A DNA stretch of 64,000 nucleotides from the human T2T-CHM13v2.0 reference genome, Homo sapiens. Below, in pieces: positions 40,404 to 52,218 of this stretch. The notes below the pieces were generated by a model. That model had not been told where the DNA came from and did not search any database. It saw only the letters and a program-made list of their open reading frames with translations. The first letter of the stretch is position 1, and the number at the start of each line of letters is the position of its first letter. The position numbers and the translations under genes are program-made. The DNA lies in the NCBI RefSeq assembly GCF_009914755.1, contig NC_060944.1; one strand, given 5' to 3'.

Positions 40404-43400
40404 AACAAATTTTTTTTAAAGGCAATTGTGAATCTGACCATGGTCAACTAGGAAAAAAAAATCTATAGTCATATTCATGTGGTGAGTTAAAAACCAAACA
40501 AATGCACACAGTTCAGCAAAAAGAATATTCAAAATTAAAAACTCTTATAAAATAAGCAGTCTATTTGAACTCCAGTCATAAACTGATCACCAAAAATAAC
40601 GTGAGCCCACCTTGCAGACACAATGCTCTCAAAAGAGTAATTTTTTTTTTTTTGTCCTTCAAAATACAGCCGGCTCAGAAAGTGTCTGAAGAAGCAGTTT
40701 TCCTGGCTTTTTGATAAAGACGGTGGACAAGAATGGGCGTGAGAAGAAATAGTTGTTAGGTCTTCCTTAGTAAGGATGGGCTTTTGTCCAAGTCTATGTG
40801 ACTGTGCAGGTGCAGGGGTTTTGTCTGGAGGTGATCAGTGCTATCAGTCTAATGTCTTCCTGGGCTACATTTGAGTGAGGCAATGACAGGAAGCCTGGCC
40901 CTTCAAGTCCTAGGCAAGAAGGGGATGCTGCATACAAGGCCTGTTCTAGGCATACTCCATGAATTTCTCCCTTTTATCCCCCATCTACTAACATTTGGTC
41001 TCACTGTGCTTAAAGGTTTTCCATGAACACCCAGGGGTCTTTCCCCTCTGAGCTTGGGCCAGGTCTCCTTGTGTTATGAAACAGCCATGGTGAGAAAGCT
41101 GATGTCTCTTTACCAAGAAAGTGCCTTTTCTGGTTTTCTCTTCCTCTCTCCTCCTCTCTTCTAAATCAATGGCTTGCCTGCCACACCTGGGAATGTTTGG
41201 TGTTGTGGAGACATAACCTTGCTTTGTCCTGGAAACTACTCCATGAGGTCTGTGAGCTGTGGTCAGCAGGAGGCTGGAGAGCTGGAAATATCACAGGAGG
41301 GCACCGAGCTGCACCTAGTTTGGCCACAGACGAGGTCCCTTTCACTGGCTGGTGGATGATCTGGCCTGGGCTGAGAGTTAGTGAATATAGTCACGGGAGG
41401 CTTTCTATTCTTTGTCCTAAAGGTAGAACTGTGAGAAAGACTAACCAACTTTATTCACCACATCAGGTCCAAAGTCTCTGCAGGGACCTGAAAACAGAAT
41501 GTTTATGGAAGGTCAAAACAGGGGGAGTAGACAGTGACCCCAGAACCCAGCCCAAGGTGGGGAGGTGCTCTGTAAAGACACCTGTCTTATTCCTGAAAGG
41601 GTGAAGACCCCCACACATCTAGGAGTGATGCCTCTCTCTCCAGGAAAGAAATACTCTCAGACTGAAGTATCAGAGCACATTCTTCATTTCAACTCTTGCT
41701 CCTTTCACAGTTCGGTTTCTGGAGGGAGCTTCCAAAGACTGAAAGGGACAGGTAGGAAAAAAAATGACTGTTTTCTTTGGAGAGGAGCTCCTGAGGCCTG
41801 TCTCACTTGGCCATCACCTGGGGGGCTGAGGAACCTATCAGGTCTCAGTTGCTGTCAGCCTAGGGACCAGGATCCCCACCTTTCTTCCCTAGGTGGTGCC
41901 TGGCCGCCCAAGGAATCACTCTCTGTGCTTTACTTTAACAGTGCCCTTCACTCCAAAATCTGTCAAAATGAATAGAAACCCAAGAATCATTTCTGTGTGC
42001 CACAGGAGTGCTCTCCCCCGGCCCCCCCGCCCCACCCCGCCACACACACACACATACACTCCTGGTGCTGAGATAATTTCCAAGAAATTACCAGTTCCTG
42101 GTTATTCTCCTTCCTCCTGGCTCCCTTCCTAACTCCCCCTCCATCACCAGATTACACAATTCCTTGAGCCTATGGTATTTTCCCCTGGAGCTTGTGTTCA
42201 TTTCCTAACTCAATTAATTCCAGATTCCCTCTCTCACCTTCTATTTTCCCTCGTTTTCACTAGAAAACACTATTTGAGTGACTTTCCTGGTTAGTTGAAT
42301 TCTTCTCAGCTCCTAAACTTTCTTTTCTGTGTCTGCAAAAGCTTGATGGAGATAACACAACTAGAGAATTCTCCCCACACACTCCAGCACGGATGAACTC
42401 GTATTTTTACACCCTCCTTAGTATCTGCAGCCAAAGCAAAGGGAAAACCACTCAGGCATTGTGGGGGAGGTACTCTGAGTGTCTGGAAGATGCCAGGCTG
42501 AGAACAGCAGTCATAAATGATATACCCACAAAGGAAAAGTCTCTGGTCTCCCTGGGTGAGATGGCCTTTCTCTGGAAAGGAGGCCACCTATAACCACTTC
42601 CTTTGCCCTTTGCTGTGACCTTGCTGTCCCCGGGCGCTGTCAGGGATTGTCTGGGAGGAGGTCGGGGGGGTAGGTCAGTCACAGGTGGGGACACATTTGA
42701 ACAGACCTAGACAGGGGAGCCTTATACAGAGGTTCTCTGCTTCCTTCCCACCTCCTTAGGGTATGAAGCTAGATTCCCTGATCTGAATGGATTCCATGGA
42801 GACAGTCACCTAGACAGACACCTGGTTTCAGGTGATCCCTTTCTGGACAAGGTCTTTTGTTTTCAGCGCCCCCCCACCCTCCGCCCCAACAATGGCATCT
42901 CCTCCTCAGCCCAGCCAGCAGCCCCAGGCTAGCATCTGGGAAGAGTCCAGGGAAGCCCAATGAGGGAGAGTGGGCTGTGTCTGGGATGGCCAGGGATCCC
43001 CTCCAAATGGGCACCTGCGGCAGGTCGTGAGTCCAGCCATCTCTAGGGCAGCCCACACCTTCAGCAAGGAGGGGCAGGAGACCTAGAATGGGGGAAATGG
43101 GAGGACTAAGATTCTAACGTTGGAGGTAGGGCAGGCTGGTGTTACCTGCACAAGGCCAGAAGCCTCTTCAGGCCGCCTCTCCAGGGACCGTGCCAGCTGT
43201 CCCCACTTCGATCAGCCACAGTATTGGACTTGGTCCAGCACGAACAGAAAGCGAAGTGTGAGCCCAAGACAGAGGGGGGAGCCGGACACCCTTATGGAAC
43301 TAACAGCCTCTGGGGAGGCCTGTTCCAGATCCCGAGTCGGGCGCACAGGGGGATCCCCGCAAGGGGGCAGAGGGAAACCCGGGAGGCCCGCGAGAAGAGG

Positions 43401-43982
43401 CGAGGCCAGAGGCTGGGCGCGGGCAGCCAAGCGCACTCGCGGCGCCCCGACTCCAGGTAGCACGTAGAGAGGAGGCTGAAGAGCCCCTCGGTTTTCCGAA
43501 AGTTTCCAGCGAATCCTTCTTGGTGAAGATCGGCCTCTGGGAGGCAGCGTGTGTGCTTCCCGAGAGGGGGCCCCCTGCGCCGTCCCTCTTCCCCTGGCAC
43601 AGAAGGGTTGAAGGACTGCACACAGGGATCCCTCCCCAGCCCAGTCTCCTCCCAGCGCGCCCCCTCCCCGCCATGCCGGCCAGCGCCGGGCTGTGTCCCA
43701 GGCACTGCCCCCCGCCAACCCTGGCCCGACCAGCCTCGCCGCTGCAGGCTGCCGGGAGCTGCGCTAGCTCATGCTCCCAGCTCGCTCGGTGCTCCCTGTT
43801 CGCTCCGGCCCGGCCCCGGCCCCCATCGCGCCGACCATGGAATAGGCGGGCGGCCCCGCGAGGCGCTCCTGCAGCCGGCGAGGCCAGAGCCAGTCCGGGG
43901 TGGCTTTGCCAACCGGCGGAGTTGGCCAGCGGCGGGCCCTCCTACCGTCGGTCCTTCCCCGCTCCTCCTCCTCTGCCCCCTC

Positions 43983-44017
43983 CGCCCCCGCCTCCCGGCC
44001 GCCCCCGCCGCCCCCGC
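43983..44017. promoter_or_regulatory. Three EGR/SP-KLF consensus sites (CGCCCCCGC)
   Basis: CGCCCCCGC at 43983-43991, 44000-44008 and 44009-44017, plus the EGR-like GCGTGGGAG at 44052-44060. Confidence 0.55.
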
Positions 44018-44062
44018 CGCGCCGCCGCCCCAGGCCGAGCGCGGGCGCGGAGCGTGGGAGCC

Positions 44063-44359
44063 ATGGCGCGCGAGGAGGAGCGGGACCCCGAGCGCCGGGA
44101 GGCGGCGGCGCGGGCGAGCGGCGAGGAGGAGGAGGAGGGAGGGGAGGAGGGACTGGGCGATAGCGACGAGGAGGGCGACGACGAGGAGACGGGCAGCGGC
44201 GAGGAGGAGGAAGAGGAGGCGGAGGCGGCGGCCGGGTGGGAGCGCAGCGAGGACGCGCGGCTGCTGCGCGCAGGGCTGCCTCCTGCCGCTGTCCCCGCCG
44301 CGGCCGCCCGCGACAGGAGCGGCCGCCGCCCGCCGAGGCCGCCGCCCGGCCGCCCGAGG
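44063..44359 (+). CDS. Candidate 99-aa in-frame N-terminal extension of NCKX3 (acidic cluster, dileucine motif, Pro/Arg-rich linker)
   Basis: GAGCCATGG at 44058-44066 (G at -3, G at +4). The ATG is 297 nt upstream of and in frame with 44360, with no stop between. Translation is not established. Confidence 0.4.
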
Positions 44360-44501
44360 ATGCGGCCGTCCGGCGACGAGGACCGCGCGCGTCGCCGCCG
44401 CCGCCGCCGCCGCCGGAGGGACCTTCTGCTGAGCCAGCTCTGCTTCCTGGCCTCGGTGGCGCTGCTGCTCTGGTCGCTGTCGAGCCTGCGAGAGCAGAAG
44501 G
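44360..44501 (+). CDS. SLC24A3: SLC24A3 (NCKX3) coding exon 1: N-terminus with poly-Arg tract and signal peptide/signal-anchor hydrophobic segment
   Basis: Translates MRPSGDEDRARRRRRRRRRRDLLLSQLCFLASVALLLWSLSSLREQK, which I recognise as the human NCKX3 N-terminus. ATG at 44360 has A at -3. The 142 coding nt end at a consensus donor AAGG|GTGAGT (phase 1; the next residue E is split by the intron). Confidence 0.96.
44393..44413 (+). repeat. Coding (CGC)7 trinucleotide repeat within the Arg10 tract
   Basis: CGT (CGC)7 CGG AGG at 44390-44419. Confidence 0.95.
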
Positions 44502-47500
44502 GTGAGTGCACGCTGCCTGCCCCGAGTGGGCGCTGCGGCTCCGGCGGCTCGGGGCTCCCGGGGCTGGGCGCGGGGCTCCTTCGGGCGGCCCGGCCGGAGC
44601 CCCAGGATAAGCGGGCTGGGTTGGCGGGGGGAGTGGGATGCCAGGCACGAGGACTCCCCCTGCCCCACGCAGAGGCATGGAGGTGGGGACCCTGAGCGCC
44701 AGCAGCCAGCAGGCTTAGGCGTCTGGCCGCCCTGGGAACATTTACCTGTGCCCGCCTGTGCGCTGCTTACTCGCGAGCTGGAGGTACTGCTGGTGGCGGT
44801 GGTGGGGAGTCTTACTCTCCATCAGCCCCCAAGGCCAGGGATAAAGTTGTGGTGGTAGACCCGGCACCTGTGCAGGTGACCACCTGTATACTCCTTGGCT
44901 TGCTGAAGGATTCAAGGGGACTGCTTAACACACAGTTGTCCGTATGTTCTCCATCCAGAGAGCAGGCGGGATGGCCCGAGTAGAGAGCTCTTCAACCCCC
45001 TTTCAGAACAGGTGCCGGGAACTTCAGGGAGAGAAAAAGTGTTGGCCCTCCAGCTATGGGCTAGTAGGGGACTTGTTCTCCTAAAATGACCACTCACTGG
45101 GAAGACAGGGAATTCTTCCTCAGAGGTCCCTTTTGCAGAGCTGCTGCTGTGGAAGAAATGGTTTGCAGTGGACCACGCATCACACTGTCCGCTCCTCTAC
45201 CGGTGCTCTGCGCAAAGTCTGCCCTTTAACCCACAACTTTTGTCTTGTCTTTGTCCTTGGCCTTTCTTGAGCTGAAATAGATCTTGTGTGCTCCCAACAG
45301 TTGTCTGCTGAAACAGCTTCGATCCTGGGATTCAGCTGTCTATAAAATGAAGGAAAAACATGGGAGAATAACTGTTGTAAAATGGTTTTATATCCCGGCC
45401 GTGGAAGTGGCACGATTAGTGGGAAAACAGCCATGTAAAGGGTTGTGAGAAAGAAACAAAACAAAACAAAACAAACAAACAAAAAAACAGTTACAAGTAT
45501 GTGCTGTGGTGTTGAGGTCGACGTAGCTCTAATGCAAGATGTCATGAGGTGCAGAATAAAGACATTTTGATAGTCACCGTAAAATATTTTCAAAGGTGCC
45601 ATGAATTTAAAAAGGGATCTCCCCCAGCTTGGCTGGTCTCCTGCTTGGTGGGGAAGTGAAACAGGCGTCAGTCTTCATTCAGTCTTAGCAGACCGCTTGA
45701 CAGACTTCATCATTTATGGTAATAGCAGAGAGTCCGTCTTGGTCTTCAGTGAAGCTGTTCAAGACTCCACGGCTCTCTCCATTGCTCTCCTGGATCTCAG
45801 ATCCCGTAGCCTTGGGTTCTGACATCAGGAAGGGGGCCGTGCCGGTGTGAGGGAAGCAGAATCTCTCCCAGGGCAGATTCACATCTGCCAGACTTCTGTC
45901 TACTGACAGTCTCACTAAGGGGGTTTTCCCGAATCCCATTTTTATTTTCCTTTTTTATTTTTCTCCAGTGAAAAACCAGTTTATAGTTCATGCCACCTTT
46001 GGAAAGGGCTATTCCTAGTGGATTACACGCTGGCCATTTTTTTCTGGTATGTTGGGGCTCTATGAGACATAGAGTTCCCACCACTTTCAAGAATATAAAA
46101 GACATTTTTTTCTGGGTGAAGGATGTGACTCATATAGTTAAGTCAATCAGTGACAGGGGGCTGCCTGGGCCCTGAAAAGCTGGGATTTGGGAGGAGAGGA
46201 GGCCAGACACTCTGCAAACTTGAAACCTGGGGACTGGAATGTCATTTTGGAATGGTTTCCCTGGTAGTGACATTTCTATTCAGGTGCCACTGACTCAGAT
46301 TTAGTTCCATAGCACGGCCTTTTCCGCATCCCTCCCTCTGTCCTACCTTTCTCCTTCCTACCTTTCATATTCTTTTTTCCTCTCACTTCCTCTTCCTCCC
46401 TTCTCATCTCTGTTGGTCTTAGGACCCCTCCACACCCCAGTAACTGAAGATCTAACAGGCAAAAGCCAAATGTTAAGGAGGATGCCAGCCAGCCTCCCTG
46501 TGTTGCCCCCGAATGACATATGAGTTGAAATGGTCTCCAATCACTTTTTTTTCCGTTAGGTATTGATGATTTTGGTATGTGATGCACAGTAGTATTTTGC
46601 AGCAAGACACAGGTTTTTCTAGATAATTTTTAACATATTAATTAATGTGTGTGAATCTGCAAATGATAATTTTGCAAGGGGAATTGTCGTTTGGCACACG
46701 TAAGCATTTGAATGGTGACTTTTACCCTGGAAACTTGGAGCACACACTACCTAGTGGTCCTTTGGTACAGATACTGAAGTTTGGAATGGAGCATTGTTTC
46801 GAAGACCTTGTGGTGTAGAGAGGCTGAGTGATTAGCTTAAAGTCACACAGCATTCGAAGAGTAGAGGAAAAAACCAACCTGAGGTAACCTGGTTTTTTGT
46901 TCCCTACTCTGTCCTCATATTCAAACCACCATTTGGGTGTAGCTTTGTAATATTTATATAATCTCATAGGGGGTACCTTCATAATGATCAAAGGTAATAT
47001 TTTCATTTAGTCACCTTGAAAGCCATGCAGTGATTGTTAAATGTAACTTCTCAGAAGCTCGTTTTCTAACACATATTGACCTTTCCCTCCCTCCTTCCTT
47101 CTGTTGGCCCTTCCTCCCTCTCTCCTTCCTTCATTCTTTCTTCCTTCCTGCTCCCTTCCTTTCTCTCTTCTTTCCTCTTAAAATGACAGTTCTTTTACCA
47201 AAGCAAAATAGAGATGTGTGATAATTATATTATATGATGTTTCATAACATTTCTAATCATATGGAATCCAAGATCCCTTTCTAGACATCTAACGAAACTC
47301 AGATTTGGCTATGTACTGAAAAGTTTTGGTTATATACTGAAAACATTTTCCACATATTCAGTATTTGGTTATATGCAGTAAGAATCTACATTGATTCTTT
47401 TCTGCTGAGGTGTAACATGAGGTCTGCTTAATTTAGGTCAGGAAGAATTAGTGCTGGAATCAAGAAATTCTAACAACAAAAGCAATAATAATAACTGGAA

Positions 47501-47926
47501 TTTTGGTGGGCTCTTATGTGCCAGGCAATGCGCTATTCCCACCTTATAGGTATTGCTTTATTTAATCTGCAGACACTCTTTTCGGAGGCATGAGCCTTCA
47601 GTGGTGGAAAGCAATGAGCTCTAGTTGCCCTATTTAGTTGTTATGGATGAAGATCTCATTTTTGATCTCTGTTTTCAAAGCCAATTAAAATAAGGTGTTA
47701 GATTTGCTGAGGAGGATTTTCTTTCCTTTTTGCAATGAGAATAGATTACTTTTGTGTATTTTGAGTGGTTTAAAAGTGTTATATTTTTCTTTGACATGAA
47801 CTACCCAGCCATTTTTTTTCCAGAAGTAGTGTGGATAAAGCCCAGGGATTCTAACTGAGGAGTAATTCTAGACTTTCTCTCTAGAAGGTTCTCAGGGAGG
47901 TCAATAGTAATTAAGAAAAAATATAC

Positions 47927-48150
47927 ACCAGCCTAGGCAACATAGTAAGACCCCATCTCTTAAAAAATTTTTTTTAATTAGCTGGGTGTGGTGGTGCATT
48001 CCTGTAATCCCAGCTACTCAGAGTCTCAGGCAGCAGGATTGTTTGAGCCCAGAAGACTGAGGTTGCAGTGAGCCATCATTGTACCACTGTACCCCAGCCT
48101 GGGCAACAGAGTGAGACCCTGTCTCAAAAACAGAAAAAAAGGAAAAAAAG
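47927..48150 (+). mobile_element. AluJ, 5'-truncated, followed by a (CA/TA)-rich tract at 48160-48240
   Basis: GGATTGTTTGAGCCCAG and GTGAGACCCTGTCTC are J-type features. Confidence 0.85.
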
Positions 48151-48254
48151 AAAAAAATTACACACACATGCATGTACATATACACACACATATGTACATA
48201 TACCTATGTGCATGAATGTATGTATGTATTTATGTATATACTTTGAGCTACTTT

Positions 48255-48855
48255 CTATACTAGTTGCTATTGCTGCATAACAAGTCACCCCAAAAGTTAG
48301 TGGTGTAAAACAGCCACTTAATTTTTTTTGCTTATGGATACTTTGGGTCAGGAATTTGGATGGGGGTAATGGGGCTGGCTTGTCTCTGCTCCACTACATC
48401 TGGTACCTCAGCTGGAAAGATTGCAAAGCTGGGTGGCTTGACAGCTGCATCTGGAGTCATCTGAAGCAACACCTCTCCCATGCCTGGGGTCGATGTGGCT
48501 CTTCACTGGACCCTCAGAGCTGGGCTGCCAACCAGAACACCCACACGTGGCCTCTCCATGCGATCTCTTTATGTGGCTCACTTTGAACTCCCTGAGAGCA
48601 TGACATCTGGGTCGCAAGGGCGGATATCCCAAAAGGACAAGGTGAAAGATGGCATGTTTATATCCTAGCCTCATAAGTCACAGTCACAGAATGTCATTTT
48701 CGCTATTTTCTGTTAGTCAAAGCAGCGTTAGATGTCAGCCCACGTTGAAGGAGAAGGGCATAGATACCAGCAGTCATTCAGTGGAGGAGTGTAGGGTCAC
48801 ATTATAAGAGCCTCTGCTGTGGGAGATACTGCTGTGTCTGCCTTTTTAAAAACCC
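48255..48855 (-). mobile_element. MLT1H-family LTR
   Basis: CTATTGCTGCATAACAAGTCACCCCAAAA...CACGTGGCCTCTCCATG...CCTAGCCTC...GGGAGATACTG. Confidence 0.75.
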
Positions 48856-49309
48856 AAGGATCTGAAGGGATCATAACTTGGTAGTGAATGTAGACATTTC
48901 CCAAGGTGGCTAAGGTGAATGCCACATATGCATACATACAAACATATATAGACAAACATACACACAGACGTATGTATGTATGCATATATTATCTTTGAAA
49001 TATCTTCCATTCATGAAAATATTGCTGCTTATTTTAGCTGGTGTGGGGTCTAGAAGTGGTATTTGAAAAGGAGGTTGCAGTGGGTATTTGAACTGCAAAT
49101 TTAAATTGCAGAGCTGAGAGCCCGTCTTTGCCTTTGTGGCTGCCGATTCCTCCTATGGCAAATGACCACAGCTGTTGAATCCTTCTTATGGCTCAGTGTG
49201 AGGACTGCTGGAATCTCCAGCTTTGTTTCCCTCTTCTATTTCCATGCATCCCCACTCTGGTTTTTCCTCTGCTCCTCAAAAGGTCTATGATTCTTCCGAT
49301 CTCAGATTC

Positions 49310-49610
49310 CTGGCGCTTGCTGGTCCCACTGTCTGGACTGCTTTGTCCACCATGGCTAGTGAATTCCTCACTACCTGGCTCGAGATCTTCCTGAATAGAC
49401 TGGGTCCCTCCATTTCTCTGAATACACCATATGTTCCCTTCATAGCATTTATCACAGTTGGTAATTATGTGTTTATTTGGTCATGATTTGGGTGATATCT
49501 CCTCTTCCCCAGATTCTAGGGTCCAGGAGGTCAGGGACCCTATGAACTTTCCGTACCTCTGTACCCCAGTCACTGGCCCCATAGTAGGAGCTCAGAAGAT
49601 ATATAAATAT
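49310..49610 (+). mobile_element. L2 3' fragment
   Basis: CATAGCATTTATCACAG...GAGGTCAGGGACC...CATAGTAGGAGCTCA. Confidence 0.65.
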
Positions 49611-49750
49611 CTTAAATATAGAGGCAAATATAAAAGGTATTTGGTAAATAAAGACGCTCTTTTGATCGCTGAACTACAGTGCCTGTGATAAAAGTAGTCA
49701 TCCTGTGTTAGGAGCCCATCAGCTGACATGGATTTTATTGTCATGATTTA

Positions 49751-49788
49751 TTAGGTTGGCGCAAAACTAACTGCAGGTTTTGCCATTG
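49751..49788. mobile_element. Half MADE1 (Hsmar1 mariner TIR)
   Basis: TA followed by TTAGGTTGGCGCAAAACTAACTGCAGGTTTTGCCATT, matching one MADE1 arm. Confidence 0.75.
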
Positions 49789-52218
49789 ATAATAGAATTC
49801 TGCTCTCAGTCCAGCAGATTCGATATCATTACCCATTTCTCATGGGATAGCACTGAGCTGAAGAAAGGTGGAGTGCAGTGCCTAGTGTCTGTTAAGTGGA
49901 GGGATTTGAACCCAAGTCCACCTACATCAGGGCTGCATGCTGCTGCGTTTTCCAGCCTCTGTGGAGGAGGACATGAATAGAAGACGGGGAATCACCCTGC
50001 CTTTTTCAGTTAACTGAGGAGTAAGGAGTAACAGAAGGTTGGTTTCATAGAAGCAGTATTTTAGAAACACATTGCTTTTCAACCTTTTCTATTTTTTGCA
50101 TAAACATATATAGATATGTCTCTTTCCTCTTGGCTTTTCTTAGCTTCTCATCAACCCAGATTTTTCTCAAAGATTTCCTCCACTTGCAAGCCTCAAATCC
50201 TTGTGGGAAGCTTTTTTTTTTTTTCTTCACCCTGGAGGGTTGGTGAAGCTAAAAGAATTGCAAAACTAGATATTTGCTGAAAATTCCAAGGCCTGGTGGA
50301 AGATGGCTGATAGGACAAAATTTTGGCAATTTTCTTTTTCTGTATGGAGGTTTCTTTTCCTTGAGTGAAAGAACTTTTTGGAGGAATAATAGTACACAGA
50401 CTTTCATAATGGGGAAACTGAGGTATGGGGTGGTTAGAAAATGTTCCCAAAGTTGCAAAGCAAATGGGTTATGCTGCCAGGAAGGTAATTTGGATTTTTT
50501 TTTTCTGGTCCATTTTTGCCTTCTTTTTCTATAGAGCTTGTTTGGCAATTATTTATATTTATTGTTTGCAATGGTTTCACAAATGGGATTATCCTGTAGC
50601 ATTTGAGAATGTGAAGTATTAAGGACCCAAATGGAAGAAGGTTTTGTATGAACCAAGTGGTGATGGGCTTCAGGTTTCCTAGGATTCCCCCTGCTGTTCT
50701 CTTCCTGTTCCACTTCCAACCTGGAGAGGCAATGCTCCTTGCTGTTGCTAGTCCCGGACGGCCCACACTATCCCTTATTGGTTTCCCAGCCCTACTCTTA
50801 CCCTTGTAGGCTGTTCCTTCATGAAGCTCTCTCAGTGGGATCCCTTGAGGGAGTTCCTGCCCGGACCCCAGTTGCGTAAGACACGGGGACCTTCACCCAT
50901 TTGTTCATTCAACAAATGGCAGGCTCTTTGCTAGTTGCTAGGGTGGCAGCGTTGTCTTCGAGGGACACCGTGATGTTCATCCTCGTGGTGCTCAAGCTTG
51001 AGTGAGAAGAGAGGTGCTGAACAAGTAATTTTCATGAATTATGAGAGATCGGGATGAGAAATACAGCATGGCATGGAGGAGGCTGTGGTGGTCAGGAAAA
51101 GCTGGAACCTGAATAATAAAGGGAATAAGATTGAGGAAGAATGGAGGATACAAAGGCAAATGTAGAAAAATAGGCAAAAGATGCAGACAGGCAATTTACA
51201 AGAAAACAATTGCAGATGGCCAACAGACACAAATAACAAACTTAATCTCAGTTTTAACATGAAAATCAAATTAAAAATAATGAAATACCATTTCTCAATA
51301 TCAGGTTGGTAGATTAAAGTAAATTAAAACATGGGCTCACATCAAGGGTTTGTACAGATTCTGGAGACACAGCTGTTCTGGTTCACTTCAGAGGAGGTTG
51401 TCAGATGGCACTCCAGACACTGCGGGGGACCATCATCAGGGGACCTGGTTATAGGAATAGACCCCAAATGAAGCCTTGGCCATTTAATGCAATTGACATG
51501 TAGAAAGGGAGGTGGGTGGATTAGAATGGCTATATGTAGATATTTGAGACTTGGGTAGAAACTCATCTTAGCTGGACCCATCCATGGACCATGGAGCATG
51601 TTGGTCATGACCTTTTCATGTTTAGTTGCTTAGGTGGGAGCTCCAGGAAACAAGGAAAGACCTGTGTCATTCCTGGAACTGTCTGAACCAATAAACATCA
51701 CTTATTTAAATCATGAAATCTAGTAATCGTTTTTGGCTTGTCAATAGTGATTTATTTTTAGGAGAGAGTGAACAAATAAAGTCAGCTCATCTGTGACCTA
51801 ATTTAGGGACTTTCACATTTGCAACTTTTACATTTGGAATATTTGCAACAAATATTTCTCTTCCTTTCTCCTTTGCATTTCTGCATTGTTTGATCTCAGC
51901 AAAAGTCATTTTCACTTTAGTCAGCCAGTCTGCCATGGAATTGAACCCACAGAGGACAGAGAAAGGAGCAGGTTTCTTGATTAGGACCTTGACAATAGAA
52001 CAAAAGGGGTGGGATAAGGGATTGGTGACCTCAGGAAGTCGATAATGCCATGTTTAAGACAGAACATGAAACATTTATTTTTGAAGATTTGGACTTTTAG
52101 AGCATCTAGGTGGAATATAGAGCTGACATTTGAAAGTCAAGATGATAAGCATTTGTGGCTGCAGATAAAGATGTTGGAATGGTATGCATGAGGGTAAACA
52201 TTACATCTATGGTTAGCT

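Larger units (their letters stand above)
43330..44790. promoter_or_regulatory. SLC24A3: CpG-island promoter / 5' region of SLC24A3 (no obvious TATA box; GC-box rich)
   Basis: Abrupt rise in GC and CpG density against an AT-rich, CpG-depleted background, with many CCGCCC boxes, surrounding exon 1. Boundaries are approximate. Confidence 0.92.

Noticed and set aside
41170-42700. Possible ancient LTR (Gypsy/ERVL-like) upstream of the promoter
   Set aside because: Only a vague compositional impression. I could not identify termini, a TSD or a consensus match.
43212-44678. Several long overlapping ORFs (168-304 aa) on the minus strand and in other frames
   Set aside because: Low-complexity Pro/Arg/Ala/Gly translations are expected from very GC-rich DNA, and none resembles a known domain.
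43520-44695. 391-aa ORF as a single-exon protein
   Set aside because: It starts at a non-ATG codon and reads through the exon-1 splice donor. Only 44360-44501 (and possibly 44063 onward) is supported. The remaining length reflects stop-codon scarcity in a CpG island.
49751-49788. MADE1 as a miRNA-like hairpin or SETMAR site
   Set aside because: Only one arm is present, so there is no hairpin, and the TIR core has several mismatches.
51602-51613. Nuclear-receptor-like palindrome TGGTCATGACCT (also TGACCATGGTCA at 40435 and the AP-1/ARE-like TGACTCAGC at 61864)
   Set aside because: Isolated short motifs are expected by chance in 64 kb, and there is no clustering or other support.
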